The notes under the pieces were generated by a model. It made no database searches. It was not told the DNA's origin and saw only the letters and a list, made by a program, of their open reading frames with translations. A stretch of 64,000 nucleotides of DNA, taken from assembly GCA_963664395.2 (NCBI GenBank), contig OY761159.2:288001-352000 (forward strand). The letters are read 5' to 3'. The stretch is from Candidatus Binatia bacterium (GTDB taxonomy: Bacteria > Desulfobacterota > Binatia > Bin18). Shown here piece after piece: positions 36,329-46,708 of this stretch; within the stretch, counting starts at the first letter, position 1; every line of letters begins with the position of its first letter. The translations under genes were made by a program, and so were the position numbers.

Positions 36329-37210
36329 CTACACTTCCATGCCAGCCTTGCGCGCTCGGTCCAATACGATTTTTTCAATGTCTGCTATCGGCCCGTCAAT
36401 CATCCGCCCTTGAAAGGAGACGGCGCCATGACCGGCGGCAACAGCGTGTTCAAAAGCGGCGACAAGGGCGCGCGCATACTCGACTTCCTCCGCAGTCGGT
36501 GTATACACTGCGTTCACCGGCTCAATCTGGTTGGGATGAATACAGGCCTTGCCTTCGTAACCGAGCCCCTTGCCCTGCTCCGTTTCTGTACGCAAACCGT
36601 CGATATCCTTAATATCGAGATACACGTTATCAATCGGCGTCACACCCGCCGCCTTAGCCGCCATGGCCACCTGACAGCGCGCTTGTAAGACAACGCCAGC
36701 GGTTGAGGGGGCGGCTTTAATCCCCATGGACAAGGAAAAGTCGCCATGCCCAAAGGCGATACCAGCAATCCGGGACGTTGCTGAGGCAATAGAAAACGCA
36801 TTGCCAATGGCCTCGGGCTGTTCAAACAACGGAATCAGGACAACCTCTCCGGGCTGGCGTCCGGCGCGTTGCTCGGCTAGGGAAACGAGTTGATCCACGA
36901 ACCGCATGTTCTCGGCACTGTTTGTCTTGGGTACGACCAGGCCGTCGGCTCCAGCCTCAACCATGGCTAACACGTCATCTAGGAAGTATGAGGTATCAAG
37001 TCCGTTAATACGGACCGTCCGCTCAAAGCGTTCAAAGTCGGCGTCTTGCAGGACCTCCCGCATCGTCTCACGCGCTGCGGCCTTGCGCTCAGGAGCCACA
37101 GCATCCTCCAGATCAAAGATCAGCGTATCCGCCGCCGACTCTTTGGCCTTGGCAAAGAAGCGCTCACTACTTGCCGGTACAAATAATAAACTTCGACGCA
37201 GCCGTGACAT
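36329..37210 (-). CDS. CitE/HpcH-family CoA ester lyase
   Basis: RRSLLFVP, DLEDAV, VRIN, GYEGKACIHPNQ, GRMIDGP. Confidence 0.9.
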   Translation of the reverse strand: MSRLRRSLLFVPASSERFFAKAKESAADTLIFDLEDAVAPERKAAARETMREVLQDADFERFERTVRINGLDTSYFLDDVLAMVEAGADGLVVPKTNSAENMRFVDQLVSLAEQRAGRQPGEVVLIPLFEQPEAIGNAFSIASATSRIAGIAFGHGDFSLSMGIKAAPSTAGVVLQARCQVAMAAKAAGVTPIDNVYLDIKDIDGLRTETEQGKGLGYEGKACIHPNQIEPVNAVYTPTAEEVEYARALVAAFEHAVAAGHGAVSFQGRMIDGPIADIEKIVLDRARKAGMEV

Positions 37211-38412
37211 TAGATCACTCCCTTTTCTTTTAATACCGCCAGTTTCTCCGGTGAGAGGCCGAGCTTCTCGCCATAAATTTCTTCGTTGTGGTGTCCCATA
37301 TGAGTCGGCGCCGGCCAGCGTATTGTACCAGGAGTGCGGGAAAATTTAGGGACGACGTTCTGCATCTTGACCGGTCCAAGCTCCGGGTCGGAGACGGTTG
37401 TGATCGTCTCACGGGCCTGAAAATGTGGATCAGAAAAAATTCCGGTGATGTCGTACACCGGCGCGCAGGCGCATTCGAATTCGTCAAATCGTTTCAAGAC
37501 TTCTTCGGCAGTGCGGGCGCCAATCCAGCCTCCAATAATGGCATCGACTTCGTCAATATGCTCGATCCGGGCCCGGTTGTCAGCGAAGCGGGGATCGTCA
37601 TTCAATTCAGGCCGACCAATGGCAGCAAAGACCCGTTTGGCCAAAGCCGGCGCATTGGCTGAAAGCGCCAGCCATATACTGTCTTTGGTTTGATAGGTAT
37701 TGCGTGGGGCACCAATAGACGGCACCCGGTTCCCGGTTCGGTTCTGAATGACACCAAGCTGGTCATAGGCAAGCGCTTGATCGCCAATTGTCGTGAACAG
37801 CGGCTCCAAGACGCTCAGGTCGAGCATCTGGCCTTTGCCACTCTTGTGATCCCGCTCATAGAGAGCAAACATGACCGCCCAGGTTCCAAACTGGCCGGCC
37901 ATGGAATCTGCCAGGCCATAACCGGGTAGGGTCGGCGGACCATCCGCTTGGCCGGTTATATGGGCAAAGCCGCTCATGGCCTCGGCGAGTGTGCCAAATC
38001 CGGGTTTGTCCTTATAGGGTCCGGTCTGACCAAACCCTGACACGCGTACAACGATCAAGCGAGGATTAATCGTATGCAGTGTATCCCAATCCAGCCCCCA
38101 TTTTTCCAAGGTTCCCGGTCGGAAATTCTCTGTCAGGACATCCGCATCGGCGATCAGTTGCTTGAGAAGCTCCTGACCTTCTGGCGCGCTCAGGTCGAGG
38201 GTAATACATTTTTTATTGCGATTGGTGATTTTCCACCACAGTGGGATGCCATTCTTGGTTGCCCCGAGTGAGCGCAGGCTATCCCCCATTTTCGGATGCT
38301 CAACCTTAATCACCTCCGCCCCAAAATCACCCATATTCTGGGAAATAGTTGGTGCGGCAAACAAGACCGCAATGTCAACGACTTTTAGACCTTCGAGTGG
38401 TAGGCTGGCCAT
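37210..38412 (-). CDS. CoA transferase family III (CaiB/BaiF)
   Basis: DFGAEVIKVEHP, NRNKK, ENFRPG, SGFGQTGPY. Confidence 0.92.
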   Translation of the reverse strand: MASLPLEGLKVVDIAVLFAAPTISQNMGDFGAEVIKVEHPKMGDSLRSLGATKNGIPLWWKITNRNKKCITLDLSAPEGQELLKQLIADADVLTENFRPGTLEKWGLDWDTLHTINPRLIVVRVSGFGQTGPYKDKPGFGTLAEAMSGFAHITGQADGPPTLPGYGLADSMAGQFGTWAVMFALYERDHKSGKGQMLDLSVLEPLFTTIGDQALAYDQLGVIQNRTGNRVPSIGAPRNTYQTKDSIWLALSANAPALAKRVFAAIGRPELNDDPRFADNRARIEHIDEVDAIIGGWIGARTAEEVLKRFDEFECACAPVYDITGIFSDPHFQARETITTVSDPELGPVKMQNVVPKFSRTPGTIRWPAPTHMGHHNEEIYGEKLGLSPEKLAVLKEKGVI

Positions 38413-38519
38413 GAATCCATGTCTCCCTCATTCATGTTTGCCTGCGGTTGTAGCGTGTTTAGCAAATCAGCGCAAAACAGGGCGCCAGTGTCTCACCTTC
38501 AGCATCACGGGTCTGTGCA

Positions 38520-38942
38520 CTAATGGGAAGGGAGGGTCGGCATCTCCTCCCCCACCATCCACTCCCCACCCGGCTTCACCTCATAGAGTTCCAACAGCAC
38601 GCCATCCAGCGCTTCACACATGACGTATCGAAAAGGCGTATCCTCGGTAATGCCTTTCCGAAAGACTACTCCGTTCTCCCGCATGTGCGCGATCAAGCCC
38701 TCAAGATCGTCAGTCCGAATACCGAGATGATGCACCAAACCCCGGTCCGCACTGCGTGGTTTTTGGTCGTAGATATGCAGCGCCTGTCCGCCAATATCAA
38801 GGCGGACATTCCGCTGACCCATGAGCACCGCATCATAGATCACCCGCGCACCAAACATGGTTCGGTAAAAACGTACCGTCTTCTCCATATCAGATGAAAA
38901 GATGTGAACATGGTCAAGGCAGATCATGGATGATTCACTCAC
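38520..38942 (-). CDS. VOC family protein
   Basis: LDHVHI..DMEKTVRFY, HHLGIRTDDL, DGVLLELYE. Confidence 0.85.
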   Translation of the reverse strand: MSESSMICLDHVHIFSSDMEKTVRFYRTMFGARVIYDAVLMGQRNVRLDIGGQALHIYDQKPRSADRGLVHHLGIRTDDLEGLIAHMRENGVVFRKGITEDTPFRYVMCEALDGVLLELYEVKPGGEWMVGEEMPTLPSH

Positions 38943-38951
38943 TCCTAACCT

Positions 38952-39641
38952 TTAGTGACTCTTTTGCAGAACAGACACCAACGGATTCTCTAGCAGAACC
39001 TGAAGAGAGCGGGCAAGATGCTGTTCCAGAATGCCGGTTGAGCCACGACTGATAAGACACCCTCTTGGAGCAAGGACACGCACAATCTCTTGTATAGACC
39101 ACTCAAACGTGTCTTCGGTCATAGGAATTTCACGGGTAAACATATTGGCTGTGTAGATGAGATGGATGGAAGAACTGTTCAGCGCGCTCAGGTCACACAC
39201 CGTCCCGTGATGCAGGCGAAGGCGCATCGTGAGCTGAGGCTCATTCGCGCGGAGCGTCTCAAATGCCTTGGCCGCTTCAATAATATGTTCGCCTACCCAC
39301 TCGTAGGCGTGGACACAGTCCAGTTCACAGGTCTTGAGCAGATCGTAGGGTTCTTGCGCGTTGCTGCCAAAGCCCAAGCTGAGGCCGACTGCCGGGCGGT
39401 GGCTGCGTACTACATCCAAGAAGTTCACTTGGGCCATTGCCTGGACCAGCCCAATTGCTTGCTGCAAGGCAGGGGCAACATGGCCGCCGATGCAGTCGCG
39501 CAGACCGGGGTGTTCAAGAATGGCCGCGTAGGCAGGGTCGTGCCGCCAGGGGACTTCGTTGTCAGGGTAGACCGGGCCGTCGATGAAGTCAGACCAGGAT
39601 TCAGGAGTATCTAAGTCAACCATATCTTCCGATACTCGCAT
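38952..39641 (-). CDS. Hypothetical protein, SAM-methyltransferase-like fold
   Basis: GLSLGFGS, DLSAL.SSSIHLIY, EIVRVLAPRG. Confidence 0.55.
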   Translation of the reverse strand: MRVSEDMVDLDTPESWSDFIDGPVYPDNEVPWRHDPAYAAILEHPGLRDCIGGHVAPALQQAIGLVQAMAQVNFLDVVRSHRPAVGLSLGFGSNAQEPYDLLKTCELDCVHAYEWVGEHIIEAAKAFETLRANEPQLTMRLRLHHGTVCDLSALNSSSIHLIYTANMFTREIPMTEDTFEWSIQEIVRVLAPRGCLISRGSTGILEQHLARSLQVLLENPLVSVLQKSH

Positions 39642-39713
39642 TCATTTCTCGGCCCTTGCAATAGCCCAGGAATTCGTCCATTTCCTGGGGTACGCGGACA
39701 CGGAGGAGGTTAC

Positions 39714-40529
39714 GTGAGCGTACTCGATAAATTACGGCTGGACGGGAAAATCGCCTTGGTGACCGGGGCCGGGCGGGGCTTGGGTCGGGCGATGGCGCTC
39801 GATCTTGCAGAAGCGGGAGCTGATGTCGTTGTCGCTTCACGAACGCAGAACCAGATTGATGAAACTGCCGCTCTCATTCGAGCCCAAGGCCGCCGCAGCT
39901 TGGCGGTGAGCGTTGATATTACGGATTCCCATTCGGTCAACGCCCTGGTCGAAGCCGGGCGGGCCGCGTTCGGACAGATTGACATCCTGGTCAACAACGC
40001 CGGCGGAGCGACGAAAGGCATGTTTCGTCCGCTCGATACCATTCCTGATACGCATTGGCAGGTAGGCGTGGATACCAATCTCTCGGGCGCGGTGTACTGT
40101 TGCCGAGCAATCCTGCCCTCCATGGTCGGGCAAGGTGGAGGGAAGATCATCAATATCACTTCTGGTTTTGGCGTCCGAGCAGCAAAAAATAATTATATGT
40201 ATACGGCGGCCAAGGCTGGGCTCATAAATTTCACCCGCGCTGTGGCAATGAATTATGCCGAGCACAACATCCAGGCCAATCTGATTTTGCCCGGCATCTT
40301 TCCACACGATGATCCCGAGCTGATCAAATTTTGGCGCGGCGGGAAGTTCATACCAGTCGGGCGAGTCGGCAGAGATGATGAGCTGGGACCGGCGTGTGTG
40401 TTCCTGGCGTCGGACCTGTCCAACTACATGAACGGCGCAATGATTGCGCTGGAAGGCGGCGGCCTTGCAGGTGGGCAAGCGCCGTGCGGATTTGCCCCGG
40501 TCGTTCCGCTGGAAGAGGACAGCTTATGA
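39714..40529 (+). CDS. Short-chain dehydrogenase/reductase (canonical)
   Basis: TGAGRGLG, NNAG, YTAAK. Confidence 0.9.
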   Translation: MSVLDKLRLDGKIALVTGAGRGLGRAMALDLAEAGADVVVASRTQNQIDETAALIRAQGRRSLAVSVDITDSHSVNALVEAGRAAFGQIDILVNNAGGATKGMFRPLDTIPDTHWQVGVDTNLSGAVYCCRAILPSMVGQGGGKIINITSGFGVRAAKNNYMYTAAKAGLINFTRAVAMNYAEHNIQANLILPGIFPHDDPELIKFWRGGKFIPVGRVGRDDELGPACVFLASDLSNYMNGAMIALEGGGLAGGQAPCGFAPVVPLEEDSL

Positions 40530-41299
40530 GCCTGGCGTCGTTTTCTCTAGCGGACAAAAACGCTTTGGTGCTCGGCGCCAGCTCGGCGATTGGCGGGGCT
40601 GCTGCGTATGCACTAGCCGAGGCGGGTGCGGATGTCGCAGTCGGCTCGACGCTGACCACACAACGCGAACAGGACGCTGTCCGCACCTGCCGGGACGCTA
40701 TTCAGGCCCAGGGCAGAAAGAGCCTCGCGCAGACGATAGACGCAGCGAACGAAGCTGACGTACAGACGCTGGTGGGTCAGACTGTCTCAGAACTTGGCAC
40801 ACTCGATATTCTCATCAATGCTCACGACCTGCCGTTTGCCAAACCGCTGCCTGACATTGCACCCAAGGAATGGCGGCGCGTGCTGGAGGTCAATTTGACG
40901 GGCGTTTACCTTGCCTGCCGGGCAGCAGCCGAGCCCATGCTGACTCAACACAGCGGACGGATTATTAATATTGTCTCATTGCTCGGCGAGCGGGGCATGA
41001 TCAATGGCAGCGCGTATTGTGCCGCGCAAGGTGGGGTCCTCAATCTGACCCGCGCTTTGGCCCTTGAATGGGCCCGGAGCGGGATCACGGTGAATGCCAT
41101 TGGAGCGGGCTGGACCGAGGGCATGGGCTTGCTCAAAGACACTGCCGTACAGGAACAGTTGCGTCGCTATTTGCCGCACAAACGCTTGGCTCAGCCGTAT
41201 GAAGTCGGCGACGCTGCGGTGTATCTGGCCTCAGACAAGGCGGGCTTTATCACCGGCCAAACCGTGTGGATTGAAGGCGGAGCGCTGAGTCATTTGTAG
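40526..41299 (+). CDS. SDR with non-canonical motifs
   Basis: LGASSAIG, NAHD, YCAAQ, with an ATGA overlap with the upstream SDR. Confidence 0.85.
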   Translation: MSLASFSLADKNALVLGASSAIGGAAAYALAEAGADVAVGSTLTTQREQDAVRTCRDAIQAQGRKSLAQTIDAANEADVQTLVGQTVSELGTLDILINAHDLPFAKPLPDIAPKEWRRVLEVNLTGVYLACRAAAEPMLTQHSGRIINIVSLLGERGMINGSAYCAAQGGVLNLTRALALEWARSGITVNAIGAGWTEGMGLLKDTAVQEQLRRYLPHKRLAQPYEVGDAAVYLASDKAGFITGQTVWIEGGALSHL

Positions 41300-41348
41300 A
41301 CCCGCGGTCTTGGGTCACGCCCCGCCACCCCCATCTATGGGAGCAGAC

Positions 41349-41960
41349 TCAGCCTTTCACCCGCAGACCATCAAAGAGGTGTTCCAGGCTTGTACCCATT
41401 TCTTTTCGCGCAGAGGACACATCATCGGCTCGGGCAATATACATAACCGCTTCAGTTATTGCACCTAAGACAAGGTGGGCCAGCGGTTCAAGCGGCTGCG
41501 GAGCAATGAGCCCAGCTTCTAGGACTTCTTGGAGGGTGCCACGTATGAGGCCAAGCCCATATTTTTCATCCAAATCACGGTGCTCCTCCCAGCCCAGGAC
41601 GGCAGAGGCCTCAATCAACGCGATGCGTTGGACAGTCGGGTCAAGGCAGGCATCCAGATACGCGGCCGTGCCCGCGTGTACTCGCTTATCCCATAGGTCC
41701 TCCGGCTCCCCCGGCTCCCCCTGCCCAGACTGTATGGTACTCATGACTTTTTTAACAATATTCAGATTGAGGTCTTCCAAGACCGCACGAAAGAGAGCGG
41801 ATTTGTCACGGAACTGGTAGTAGAGGGCCCCGCGTGTCATCCCTGCCCGCTTGGCAATTTCTTCGGTTGTAGTGTCGGCATAACCGCGCTCCGTAAAGAG
41901 TTCACGGGCCGCCTTGAGGAGAGCCCCGTGGGTGACTTCTGATTGCTCGGCCTTCTTCAT
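41349..41960 (-). CDS. TetR-family regulator (paralog 2)
   Basis: LLKAARELFTERGYADTT..IAKRAGMTRGALYYQF. Confidence 0.9.
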   Translation of the reverse strand: MKKAEQSEVTHGALLKAARELFTERGYADTTTEEIAKRAGMTRGALYYQFRDKSALFRAVLEDLNLNIVKKVMSTIQSGQGEPGEPEDLWDKRVHAGTAAYLDACLDPTVQRIALIEASAVLGWEEHRDLDEKYGLGLIRGTLQEVLEAGLIAPQPLEPLAHLVLGAITEAVMYIARADDVSSARKEMGTSLEHLFDGLRVKG

Positions 41961-41968
41961 CGGTAGCC

Positions 41969-42571
41969 TCAGTTCTTCACCCGCAGACCATCAAGAAGAC
42001 GTTCCAAACTTGCTCCCATCTCTTTTCGCGCAGTGGCCATATCATCGGCGCGGACAATATACATCGCCGCTTCAATTACGGCACTTAAAACAAGATGGGC
42101 CAGTGGTTCAACTGGCTGTGGAGCAATCAGCCCAACGTCCATAATTTCTTGAAGGGCCCCACGGATGAGACTCAGCCCATATTTCCCATCCAAAGCACGA
42201 TATTTCTCCCAACCCAGGACGGCGGGGGCCTCAATCGACGTGATGCGTTGGGCAGCCGGGTCCAGACAGGCATCCAGATATGCTCTCGTACCAGCACGGA
42301 CTATCTGATCCCAGAGGTCTCCCTGCTCTTCCCGGCTAGACTGTATGGTGCTCGCGACTTGGGTAGCAATGTTCAGATTGAGGTCTTCAAAGACTGCCTG
42401 AAAGAGACCGGACTTGTCACGGAACTGGTAGTAGAGCGCGCCGCGGGTCACCCCGGCCCGCTGGGCAATGTCTTCGGTGGCCGTGTCGGCATACCCGTGC
42501 TCGGTAAAGAGTTCACGGGCCGCCTTGAGTAACGCCGCGCGGGTGGCTTCTGACTGCTCGGCCTTCTTCAT
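41969..42571 (-). CDS. TetR-family regulator (paralog 1)
   Basis: Tandem paralog of 41349-41960, divergent from the P450. Confidence 0.9.
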   Translation of the reverse strand: MKKAEQSEATRAALLKAARELFTEHGYADTATEDIAQRAGVTRGALYYQFRDKSGLFQAVFEDLNLNIATQVASTIQSSREEQGDLWDQIVRAGTRAYLDACLDPAAQRITSIEAPAVLGWEKYRALDGKYGLSLIRGALQEIMDVGLIAPQPVEPLAHLVLSAVIEAAMYIVRADDMATARKEMGASLERLLDGLRVKN

Positions 42572-42652
42572 CTTGACTTTTCTACAACCCGTCGCTATCG
42601 CTTGCAGTGATAGCTCTAAAAGTCATGGTACCACACCGAAGGAAACGCGGCT

Positions 42653-43906
42653 ATGCTGGCAGAATCACAATCCCCAGATACCGCAACGCCGGCTCAGCCA
42701 GAAATACCGCTAGAATTCAACCCACTTCTGCAGGAGTTTCGTCAGAACCCCTACCCCATCTATCACCAGTTTCGCGAAGCTGATCCCGTCCATTGGAGTG
42801 AGATGTTCGGGTTCTGGGTGTGCACGCGTTATGACGATATTGTCGCCATACTGCGTCATTCTCAAGCCAGCGCCAACCCGCGCGATTGGGAACGGTTTGA
42901 CGACTATGTTGAAGCACTGGGCGGGACCGGCCCTGCCGGCGATATGCAAAGCCGCTGGATGCTCTTAAAAAACCCACCCGACCATACCCGGCTACGCAAG
43001 TTAGTCACAAAAGCGTTTACACCGCGCGTGGTTGAGAATATGCGGCCTCATGTTCAAGACATCGTGCATGACTTACTTGACGCCGGACAAGCAAAAGGCA
43101 GCTTCGATATTATTCAGGACCTGGCCTTCCCGTTGCCGGTGATTGTGATTGCTGAGCTGATTGGCGTTCCAACCAAAGACCGAGAATATTTCAAAGACTG
43201 GACCACAGCGCTGGCCCGCTCGCTCGACCCTGTTATCACACCGGAGATTGTCCAGACCGCCGACAAGGCCACCGAGGATCTTATCGTCTATTTCACCACG
43301 CTCGTAGCCGAACGACGAGACTCTCCCCAGGCTGATCTCCTGAGTGGCCTCATTGCAGCCGAAGAAGAAGGCGACAAACTGGACGAAGATGAACTGTTGG
43401 CAACCGCAATTCTTTTGTTTGCGGCCGGCCATGAAACCACAATGAATTTGATTGGCAACGGCATGCTGGCCCTGTTTCGCAACCCGGACCAAATGGCCAA
43501 ACTTCAGGCCGAGCCAGCGTTGATCAAAACCGCAGTCGAAGAGTTCCTCCGCTATGACGGCTCGGTCCAAATCACCGCTCGGGTAGCACTCGAAGACATT
43601 GAGATTGGTGGCAAAACAATACGCAAGAACCAGCAAGCCCTGCTCCTGCTCGGAGCGGCCAATCGTGACCCAGCTCATTTCTCCGACCCTGACCGGCTTG
43701 ACATTACCCGCCAAGAGAATCCGCACCTCACCTTTGGCCACGGCATTCACCATTGCTTAGGAGCGCCACTCGCCCGGGTCGAAGCGCAGATTGCTATCAA
43801 CTCGATTCTGCACAGGATGCCGGATATACACCTTTCAACCGATCAGCTTGAATGGCGTGATATGTTGACACTGCGTGGCTTACAGGCTCTGCCGGTAACG
43901 TTTTAG
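42653..43906 (+). CDS. Cytochrome P450 (CYP107-like)
   Basis: PPDHTRLR, AGHETT, EEFLRY, FGHGIHHCLG. Confidence 0.95.
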   Translation: MLAESQSPDTATPAQPEIPLEFNPLLQEFRQNPYPIYHQFREADPVHWSEMFGFWVCTRYDDIVAILRHSQASANPRDWERFDDYVEALGGTGPAGDMQSRWMLLKNPPDHTRLRKLVTKAFTPRVVENMRPHVQDIVHDLLDAGQAKGSFDIIQDLAFPLPVIVIAELIGVPTKDREYFKDWTTALARSLDPVITPEIVQTADKATEDLIVYFTTLVAERRDSPQADLLSGLIAAEEEGDKLDEDELLATAILLFAAGHETTMNLIGNGMLALFRNPDQMAKLQAEPALIKTAVEEFLRYDGSVQITARVALEDIEIGGKTIRKNQQALLLLGAANRDPAHFSDPDRLDITRQENPHLTFGHGIHHCLGAPLARVEAQIAINSILHRMPDIHLSTDQLEWRDMLTLRGLQALPVTF

Positions 43907-43987
43907 TCGTCCGGGCCATGGACAGTAGTAATCGGCCCGTAAACGTGCGATATGTCCGTTACTCTCAAATTTACAGGAGGGATTGTT

Positions 43988-44383
43988 ATGGGTGCAGCTG
44001 AAAACAAACAATTGGTTCACGATACATTCGCCGCTCTGAATGCCGGTGATTCGGAAAAGTTTTTCAGCCATTTGTCAGCTGATATTCGCTGGACCATTAT
44101 CGGCACCACAAAATACTCGCACACCTATACCGGCAAAGCGGATATCGTTGAGCGCCTCTTTACCCCGCTGACGGCGCAACTCGACGGCTTCATCACCAAC
44201 ACCATTCTGAATACGATTGCCGAAGGAGACTCTGTCGTCTTGCAAACCCAAGGCAAGTCACAAACAAAAACGGGCAAGGCGTATAACAATACGTACTGTT
44301 TAATCATCCAGCTTCAGGACAGTAAAATTCAGCAGATTACGGAATATCTGGATACGGAGTTGGTGACGACCGCGTTTGAATAG
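43988..44383 (+). CDS. NTF2/SnoaL-like (ketosteroid isomerase-related) protein
   Basis: IAEGDSVV..GKAYNNTYC...EYLDTELV, with an AGGAGG SD. Confidence 0.85.
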   Translation: MGAAENKQLVHDTFAALNAGDSEKFFSHLSADIRWTIIGTTKYSHTYTGKADIVERLFTPLTAQLDGFITNTILNTIAEGDSVVLQTQGKSQTKTGKAYNNTYCLIIQLQDSKIQQITEYLDTELVTTAFE

Positions 44384-44485
44384 AGTGCCGAGGAGCGACC
44401 GGCTCCCGCGCTCCTAGTGCTCAGTCACTACGCTCATGCTTGTCAACGCTGGGTTGCCCATCCCGGCTCCTCTTTCAAACCTGTC

Positions 44486-45550
44486 CTACAGCTTCTCCAT
44501 GACTTTCCGCGTAAAGTCCTCAATCGCCCGATACTGCGTCGCCAGAGAGGGGAGAAGCATGATTTGATCCAAGCCGGTTGCTTCAAGTCGTTTGATTTGT
44601 TCAATGACTTCCTCTGGTGTACCGGCAAGACAGGTCGATTTGATGAGCTCGGGCGTAATGAATTTCTCCTCTTCAGGCAGATGGTAGACGCAGTGGCCGG
44701 CGTGAATGCGCAGATGCCGGTGCGAAGGCGGCGTGCGCTCAACCAGCGCGCTGTATTCGTCCCAAATATTGGCGAAGTGCCGAGGCGGCTGTCCACCAAA
44801 CTGGCGCACCTTATCGTACAGGTAGTGAAGCGACGCAATGGCAAACGGGCCGCATTCACGCAGAATACGCTCTGAGTTGAGCGATTCGCCCGGTTCTAAT
44901 AAGGCAACCGCGCTGAGGGCGCACGTATAATAATGGTCTCCATCCCGTCCGCCCCGTTCGGCGCCAGCCTTGGCATTGAGCAGCGCTCGGCGCATGAATT
45001 CCGGGTCTGGTGGGATGGAGACAACCAACCCATCGCCATACTCACCCGCCAATGCCTGAGCCTTTGGGCCAAAGCCGGAGACATACAGGGGAATGTGGTG
45101 TTCGACATCGATGAACTTGTACTCCTGCATCTGGAATTGGACCGGCGTGGTTTGACCTTGCCAGGTCATCGTCACTTCTTCCCCATGCAAGAGCGCCCGC
45201 AGCACTCGTAGATACTCGCCGAACTCTCGCAGCTTCATGGGCTTGTGGCCCATAATTCGCATGGCGGTGTTGCCGGTGCCTATCCCAAGAAAGGTGCGAC
45301 CTGGGGCTAAGCGGTTAATCGTGGCAATGCTATGCGCCGTCACCGGAGCAATGCGCGTCCCCGCAACAGAAACGCCGGTACCAATGTTAATAGTGCGTGT
45401 TTGCTGGGCAGCCAGGGCAAGCACGGCGTAGCAGTCTGACCAAATCATTTGGCTGTCGGCGACCCAAGCGTGGGAGTAGCCTAGATTTTCAGCATGGGTG
45501 ATGTAACCCACATCATCAATTTTTGAGACAACACAAATGCCAAAATCCAT
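44486..45550 (-). CDS. LLM class flavin/F420-dependent oxidoreductase
   Basis: AENLGYSHAWVADSQ, ATINRLAPGRTFLGIGTG. Confidence 0.9.
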   Translation of the reverse strand: MDFGICVVSKIDDVGYITHAENLGYSHAWVADSQMIWSDCYAVLALAAQQTRTINIGTGVSVAGTRIAPVTAHSIATINRLAPGRTFLGIGTGNTAMRIMGHKPMKLREFGEYLRVLRALLHGEEVTMTWQGQTTPVQFQMQEYKFIDVEHHIPLYVSGFGPKAQALAGEYGDGLVVSIPPDPEFMRRALLNAKAGAERGGRDGDHYYTCALSAVALLEPGESLNSERILRECGPFAIASLHYLYDKVRQFGGQPPRHFANIWDEYSALVERTPPSHRHLRIHAGHCVYHLPEEEKFITPELIKSTCLAGTPEEVIEQIKRLEATGLDQIMLLPSLATQYRAIEDFTRKVMEKL

Positions 45551-45571
45551 CCGACTCCCCTTTTGCTTTGC

Positions 45572-46519
45572 TTATGCACTCTTCCTGGACGCGAGCAGGT
45601 CGGTTACGTGGGTGCCTAACCAGCCTTCTTCTCGCTTCTTCCAGTAGCGCTCACGGAGCTGCCTACTCAGCGGACCGGGTTTGCCACCACCTAATACAGC
45701 CTCACCAACCTGGGTGACGGGCATAATGCCCCCTGCCGTTGAGCTGATAAAGGCTTCATCCGCGCTGATGAGAACCTCTTCGAGATAGTCGCCAGTCGCC
45801 ACGGCCATACCCATTTCCTGCGCCAGATCAAAAACAGTGCGGCGGGTGATACCTTCCAGCACGTTTGTCCGTGGCGTACAGAGCGTACCATCTTTTATCC
45901 AGAACAGATTAAACCCCGGCCCTTCACTCAAAAATCCGGATATGCCACACAGGACAGCAACATCTGCTCCTGCATCAATGGCCTGGAGTTGGCCTTGGTT
46001 GAGATCGCCCCAATGGAAATTTTTGTAGCGTGCATCTACGCTCGCATCAGGAATGCGTGCTGTGGGCGCGACAAAAAGGTGCAGCCCGTGCTCCTGCTTC
46101 TCAGGCGTGGCAATCCACACATAAGGGACCGCATAGGCAATAAACGTCGGCGTCGTGTGGCGCAGGTCCCGGCTGCCTTGAACCGTAAAGCGCCCGCGCG
46201 TTGTCAGCACTTCAACATACGCGTTTTCGAGAGCGGCTCGGTGCACGCACTCAGCCAGAATTTCTTTGATTGTCTCTTTTCTATAGGGACAGCTCAGGCG
46301 CATGCCGGAACACGAGCGTAGAAAACGGTCAAGGTGGTCATCTAGCCTGAAGAAATAGCCACGCCAAGTTGAGACGACATCATACACCACATCGCTTCGA
46401 CTAAAGCCAAGGTCAAACACCGAAATTTTGGCCTTATCACCACTCACGTACTGTCCTTCAATAAAAGCGACTCCAGAAAGTCCATTGGAGCTATTTGGTT
46501 CGCTTGAAGCGTTAGGCAT
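45572..46519 (-). CDS. Class IV aminotransferase, (R)-selective amine transaminase-like
   Basis: GFSRSDVVYDV, AYVEV..TRG, KNFHWGDL, EGPGFN, LEGITR, STAGGIMPV. Confidence 0.8.
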   Translation of the reverse strand: MPNASSEPNSSNGLSGVAFIEGQYVSGDKAKISVFDLGFSRSDVVYDVVSTWRGYFFRLDDHLDRFLRSCSGMRLSCPYRKETIKEILAECVHRAALENAYVEVLTTRGRFTVQGSRDLRHTTPTFIAYAVPYVWIATPEKQEHGLHLFVAPTARIPDASVDARYKNFHWGDLNQGQLQAIDAGADVAVLCGISGFLSEGPGFNLFWIKDGTLCTPRTNVLEGITRRTVFDLAQEMGMAVATGDYLEEVLISADEAFISSTAGGIMPVTQVGEAVLGGGKPGPLSRQLRERYWKKREEGWLGTHVTDLLASRKSA

Positions 46520-46708
46520 GGCCCTTCTCCTTCATGATTACGGTCAATGACTCACAGTTCGTTCCTCATATCGAGTTCAACCAGTACCGAGAAGCGTAGG
46601 GGCGGCCGAGCCACTGGCCACACCGGACTGCTGGAAGGAGCCAACCGAGGAGTTAAGAGGAGTTCATTCAAGCGCTCTGGTCCGATAGAAAGACAGCGAC
46701 CTGGCAGA

